Part shown: positions 58,485 through 64,000 of the stretch, in pieces
How the letters are laid out: each line of letters opens with the position of its first letter
Position numbering within the stretch: the first letter of the stretch is position 1
NCBI GenBank assembly: GCA_029717555.1
Contig: JAMDHS010000074.1
Coordinates: forward strand, 1-64,000
Direction of reading: 5' to 3'
Source: Peribolospora baueri
Taxonomy: Eukaryota
DNA length: 64,000 bases
Position numbers and translations under genes: made by a program
Notes under the pieces: generated by a model
Seen by the model: the letters and a program-made list of their open reading frames with translations, nothing else
Database searches by the model: none
Told to the model about the DNA's origin: nothing

Positions 58485-61400
58485 TCAGACTCCACCCTCC
58501 TCTGCCTCGCGCTTCGACACCCTCTCGAGGATACGCACGCACTCCTCTACGTTCTCCCTCCCGTCCCGGAATACCTTCAACGGGACGTGCCCAGGCACGA
58601 TCGCCCTGGCCACCTCGAGGCGGTCGTAGAACGCCTGCACACGTCTCAGCTCCGCCTCGCTCAGTTTCCACGGGTCCGGTGCGGCGTGGTGGAATAGTTC
58701 CACCGCGGACGACGTCGTCAGCACCGACTGGACGCTCTGCGGCTGCGGCTGCGGGGACGAAGCGAATCGCGGACGAGGTTGGCTTGACGGGCTGGTCGAT
58801 TCGGTAGTAGACGACGACGATCCGCTCCAGCTCTCCGCCCGTCCAGAAATCTCGGCTGGACGGTACGATCTACGTTGCGCCGACGACGACGACGTGGGAA
58901 ACCCGCCAGAGACTCCATCCGACAGACTGAAATCCACCGCCGCGTCGCCGTCGCCGTTCCCGCTCGCGCGGCCGTTGTCGTACGAGACGGGCACGGGCCG
59001 GAGGACGTCCGGTCGGCGACGTTCGGAAACGTCTGGCGTCGTGACGTCTCGAATGTAAACGCCGACGACTTGGTCCGGACGCTCGGCTGCCAGCTGCGAG
59101 TACAGCTCCAAATCGCGCTCGCCCGAGTCGCCGACCCTGGGAGGAGGGCCGTTGAGAACAGGGGAAAAAAAACGAGTGAGCCTTCTCGACCTCATGAAGG
59201 GAGGCGGGGGCGAGAAGCAAAATGAGGAGGACGGACGTGTCCAAACAAAGGCTGTGCTGCTCACAAGATGACTGGACGACGCGAGGCGGAAGAGATGTCG
59301 TAACGGATGGGTGAGCGACGCACGGACTTTCGACGGAGCACGGTCGACAACCGGAGCGAGACGGCGGCAAAGACTGGACGCCGTCCTGCCACTCACACTT
59401 GCTTCCCGCAAACTGTCGTAATATCTCTGCAACGGCGCCCCTCTTGCGATCGTCCGCGGGCTCCCACAGGCGGTCCCAGAGCGTCCTTCCGGAGCCGTAG
59501 TCCTTGAGGATGTTCTGTCCCATCGGCAGGCCGGCCGCGTGGAGGAAGCCTCTCGTCACCGTGAGCAGTTCGATGGGGGCGTTGGAGACGTAGTGGAAGC
59601 GCGCGCCTAGAAGGGATAGGGTATTGTACCATGGTATCTTGCCAAAGAAAGAAAAAAAAAATGGGGGCACGTAACGAAAGACGTGCACAGAGCGCAGTCA
59701 GCTCTCGGGTCTGTCGATCGTGACGAAAGGAGGAAGGCAGATGGGACGGATCGGCGGACGCACTCACCATTCCGGGTATCACTAGCTCGGTAAAAGGCTT
59801 CACGAAAACGCCTTGGAACACGGACCGCTTGCCGAGGGACAAGCCCGTGTTCTTGACCGTGTCGTCGATGTCGCTGATGACGCGCAGACCACGATCTCGC
59901 GAGATTTCTAACGTTAAAGAGTCAGTCGAGGAGATGGAAGAAGGTGCGATGCTGGTATGCGCTGGGTATTGCGAGGAGAAGAAATGTGGTACGCCATCGT
60001 TCGACCCGTCCAACGCTGTTTGAGGCACGAGCGCCCCTCTATTCGGCAGCTTGACCGTGACTTTGACGCCTGCTATCTGTGACCGTCGCTCGTCTTGCGT
60101 GCGTTGTATTCGACCATCGACGCACCGCTGAAGGGCCTCGCGAGGGACGACAATCCGACGATGAAACAGGCCTGCTGCATCGCTGGTCATCACCATCCTC
60201 ACCAGAACGTCCTCCTCCTCCTCTTCCCCCAGCTCCTTCATCCTCTCTCGCGCTTCTTCTAGCAGGCCCCCCTGGCCGTCGCCGTACACAGCACGAACTT
60301 CGACGATCACCTGCCGTCCTCCGACGCGATTCTGCCAGAACTCCTCGAGTCGCTCATCGAGCGTGGCACGGAGCTTGGCGAGCTGCTCCTCCGTCTTATC
60401 GCGCCATGCGGCGGAGGGGGTGCCGATACCAGGGACGTAGGCGGCGGAGGCGCCGGCTAGGGAGGAGATGGAGGAGCCGAGACGGGCGAGTCGTCCGCGG
60501 AAGGAAGAAGAGCTGGGGAGCGCAGGTCGGCCGAGCGCTCCTCGTCCGGACGCCTCCTCAAAGTCACCCTCGTCCATCGCGCGCTCGAGCGGCTCATCTA
60601 CTTGCCAGGTCTTCTCATCCTCTGCACCAGATCGGTCCGTCCCAGGGCCGTTCAAGGAGCCCGACGAGGAAGAGTGGTTCGAAACGGGGCCTGCGTCCGA
60701 CTCTGGGCCTGCGGAAACGGAGCGAGCCTTGGGCAGCCCAGCAAGGCTCTTGGCCATCTGGACGAAGATCCTCTGCCCTCGCGTCGGCGTCAAAGTCCGC
60801 TCGGTCACGACGCCGCTGACGAAGACCCAGACGTCCTGCTGCGACGATGGAGACGCGCTGGCGTTTTCCAGATTTTGGCGATCGTGGATCGAAGCTTCCA
60901 CCGCCCAACCGGGAACTAGGAGCACTCGTTCCATACCGGGAAGAGAAGTGGTCGCCCCAGAAGACGAGGAAAAAGAACCCGTCCGCGCAGGACGTACATG
61001 TTGGTCAAAGGCGGGAGGGACGGTAGAAAACGCTGCCGACTGGGATTGGAGAAAATTCGACGGCGCATTAGCGGGTGACGGCATGGAAAGTAGGCACAAG
61101 CCGTCGTCTCCCTTTGAGGAGGAACGTCGGCGTGGCGGACAAGCGCGGCCGCCGTCGTATGGACGCTCTAATTGGGAGGGAGAGAACGCAGCCGACGGCA
61201 CCTGGCGCAGAGTAGGCTGCCCACGGAGCGTGGACTGGTACGCCATCGGTGTAGACTCCTTTTGGAACCCCGTGTATTCTGCACATTCAGCGCTGGTCCC
61301 TGGATTTGCGGGAAAATATTCCAGAGACTTTCTTTGGTTACCGAAGGAGGCGGCGAGAGACGACGGCGTCGACCGAGGCAAGGGCATGTCATGGACGTGA

Positions 61401-61507
61401 GCGGCGGCGGGCGCCGTAAGTGTCGGGATGAGCAGAGACGGGGCGCCTTCCGAAGTCGTCGTTGTCTTCTCCGTCGACGCTAACGTTGCGTTGTTGCCGT
61501 CTTGCAT
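58485..61507 (-). CDS. APP1: Actin-patch phosphatidate phosphatase App1 (HAD-like)
   Basis: RVISDIDDTVKNT, FHYVSNAP, KFILVGDSGERDLELY, VYIRDVT. Start uncertain (ATG at 61507; frame open to 61627). Confidence 0.9.
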
Positions 61508-62393
61508 CGGTGTTTGTTCCAGTCCACGTCGTGCATCCCGCTGGTTGGCAGGTTTGCGCAGACGAGTGTTGCGCCCGGCACGTGACGTGTGAGCCCTGAG
61601 ATAAGATCGACCGGAGATGTCGTCCACACGACCAGGCCAGACCCATCAGTTCCGAGGGCATTCCTCGTGGACATGCCGCTGATGAGAGGAGCACTTGGCT
61701 CGTGGAGCCTTTTGGCCCGGCATGGTCGTTCTTCGTTCCATTCCATGGTCGTCCTCCGTTCCACTTCATCGGATCTTCGCTCGATCCATTCACATGTCGT
61801 CGATCCGGCGTTGACACTTATTGCTTAGTCACGCACGTCCGCAGTCGGCTGCCGCAGCGTTTGTACTCACATTGACTGTACCTGGCACGTGCTCGTCTCA
61901 GGCGCCTCGGATCGACAAGACGGCGACAGGAAGAGGAAGAACATTTCCGTAGAGAACGAGATTGCTGCTTCCATGTACTCGACGCCACCTTCAGCCTCCG
62001 TCGCGCTCACCATGTGGACCGCGCGGCCTCTCTCGCCCTGGTCTCGCCTCGGCGTGCTCGCGGTGCGAATCAAGGACGAAATCCGATCGTGCAAGAAGAG
62101 CTTACGACGGATGCGGGTGCGTCCGGTGCAAAAGGAGTCTGTCTTTGACTCTCAGACATCATCGGCGACCTCTTTCCAAAACAACTGCCTCCGCTCGCCA
62201 ACCTTTGTTCTCTGACTCTTCTCTGGCTTCCATTTCGCCGGCTGCAAAACTCATCTTCCTTTTTTTTTTCCTCCTCCTCGTCCCCTCTTCCCGACTCTGT
62301 CTTCTCAGCTGATGCGTCTTGACTTCCCCCGCTAGTACCAGGGCCCCCACCACACGTTGAGCATCCCTTTGTCCCCTTCCTCTCCACCTCAGC

Positions 62394-64000
62394 ATGTCCA
62401 ACGACTCGGACATCGAAAAGGAGCTCGGGGCGCGGCCCCATGACGCATTCAGCAGCTGGAACTACCCTGACGCTTTCGCACAGGTCACCGTCAGCGAGCA
62501 GCCGGGTCCCGACGAGGAGAAGGCCGGTGTGGTGGGAGGAGACGTTGGTATCAAGGGGTTGGGCGGGAGTGGGGACGAGTCCGGCGTGAAGAGGCGACTC
62601 AAGCAGCGCCACCTGTCCATGATCGCGCTCGGCGGTACCATCGGCACCGGTCTCTTCGTCGGCGTAGGCGGAGCTCTCGCGCAGGCTGGCCCGCTCAACA
62701 CGCTCATGGGCTACTCCATCATGGGCGCCGTCGTGTGGTCTATGATGGTTGCTCTGGGAGAGATGGCGACGCTCTTTCCCGTCGCCGGAGGATTCACTCA
62801 CTACGCCACGCGCTTCATTGACCCCTCCATTGGTTTCGCCATGGGATGGAACTACTGGTACTCGTACGCGATCACCATCCCCACCGAGGTCGTCGCGGCG
62901 GCCATCGTCATCCAGTATTGGGACGTCAATCAGACGATTAACCCGGCCGCATGGATCGTGAGTCGCATAGGGTGTGGCGGACGCAATACATCGAGCGAGC
63001 CAGCTGTCGGTCGCATTTTGATCCTCTCTCCCGTCGTCTCCCTCGTTATGCGTACGGATAGACCATAATGCTCGTCCTCGTTTTCGTCATCAACTTTTTC
63101 GGCGTGCGCTGGTACGGTGAGGCGGAGTTTTGGTTTTCCAGCATCAAAATCATCACCGTCATTGGCTTGATCCTTCTCGGCCTCATAATCGACCTCGGAG
63201 GCGGGCCCAACCATGACCGGCTCGGGTTCAGGTATTGGAAGCACCCCGGCCCCATGGCGCAAATGGACTACCAGATTGACGGTCAAGGCAATATTAGTGA
63301 GCCTTCCTCGGCGAGGTACGCCTGTGCATGAATCGATTGCAAGGGCCAGGCTGATCTCCTCTTCGCATCGCCCCCCCTCCCCCCCTCCAGTCGACCCGGG
63401 CATCCCAGGCGCGAAAGGGCGCTTCCTCTCGTTCTGGAACGTCTTCGTCCAAGCCGCCTTCTCTTTCGCCGGCACCGAGATCATCGGTGTGACGGTCGGT
63501 GAGGCGGAGAACCCGCGCAAGGCGGTGCCGAAAGCGATCAAGCGCGTGTTTTGGCGTATCCTGTTGTTCTACGTCTTGAGCATCTTCTTTGTTGGTCTCC
63601 TCGTACCTTACGTGCGTGTCCGTTTCTGGTACGAGACGAGGCGGGATTGCAGAGGATGGGCGGTCTGAGATGAACACGTCTTCGTCTTTTCTCCAGACGG
63701 ACCCGCGCTTGCTCTCAAACACTAGCACCGCCTCAGCGTCTCCGTTCGTAATCGCGATTCAAGACGCGGGCATCAAGGTGCTCCCACACATCGTCAACGG
63801 CGTCCTCCTCATCACCGCCTGGTCCGCGGCCAACTCGGACATGTATGGTGAGCGAGGGAGTGGTGGGCGGAAGAGCGAAGTGCTGATGATGATAATGATG
63901 ATCTTGCCGTCCCCTCAGCCGCCTCGCGAACAGTATATGCCCTTGCGCTCGAGGATAAGGCGCCCCGGCTGCTGCGCTATTGCACCAAAGGCGGTCTGCC
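62394..64000 (+). CDS. Amino-acid permease (YAT/APC family, Dip5/Can1-like), runs off the window
   Basis: LKQRHLSMIALGGTIGTGLF, ALGEMAT, WYGEAEFWF, GFRYWKHPG, AAFSFAGTE, GEAENPRKAVPKAI, ASPFVIAI. Confidence 0.95.

Overview
Intron-rich, GC-rich fungal nuclear DNA, most likely a basidiomycete (inferred from many short GT-AG introns with CTRAC/CTCAC-type branch points and from the gene families). It holds about 17 spliced protein-coding genes: Pkh/PDK1 kinase (3' part), RlpA/DPBB expansin-like protein, SIN-component Cdc14, PRM10/ThrE, NAD(P)-binding epimerase, Rom2 RhoGEF, Rgd2/Rga8 F-BAR RhoGAP, M50B-like peptidase, Pat1, Sec1, a ZIP zinc transporter, an ACS-family MFS transporter, an RA-PH protein, Sdh6, App1 and an amino-acid permease (5' part). 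Mobile DNA comprises a clean solo LTR with a 5-bp TSD (1577-2103) and a scrambled transposon island between ROM2 and RGD2 (about 22.7-25.2 kb). The island has a Copia PBS and protease in opposite orientations, a LINE RT fragment, and at least three fold-back inverted duplications. I found no convincing novel multi-gene system, RNA gene or CRISPR array. The most unusual items are the fold-back island, a 7-nt microexon in APP1 and a roughly 470-aa His-rich loop in the ZIP transporter. CDS coordinates are gene spans including introns, were read by eye, and some starts are uncertain.
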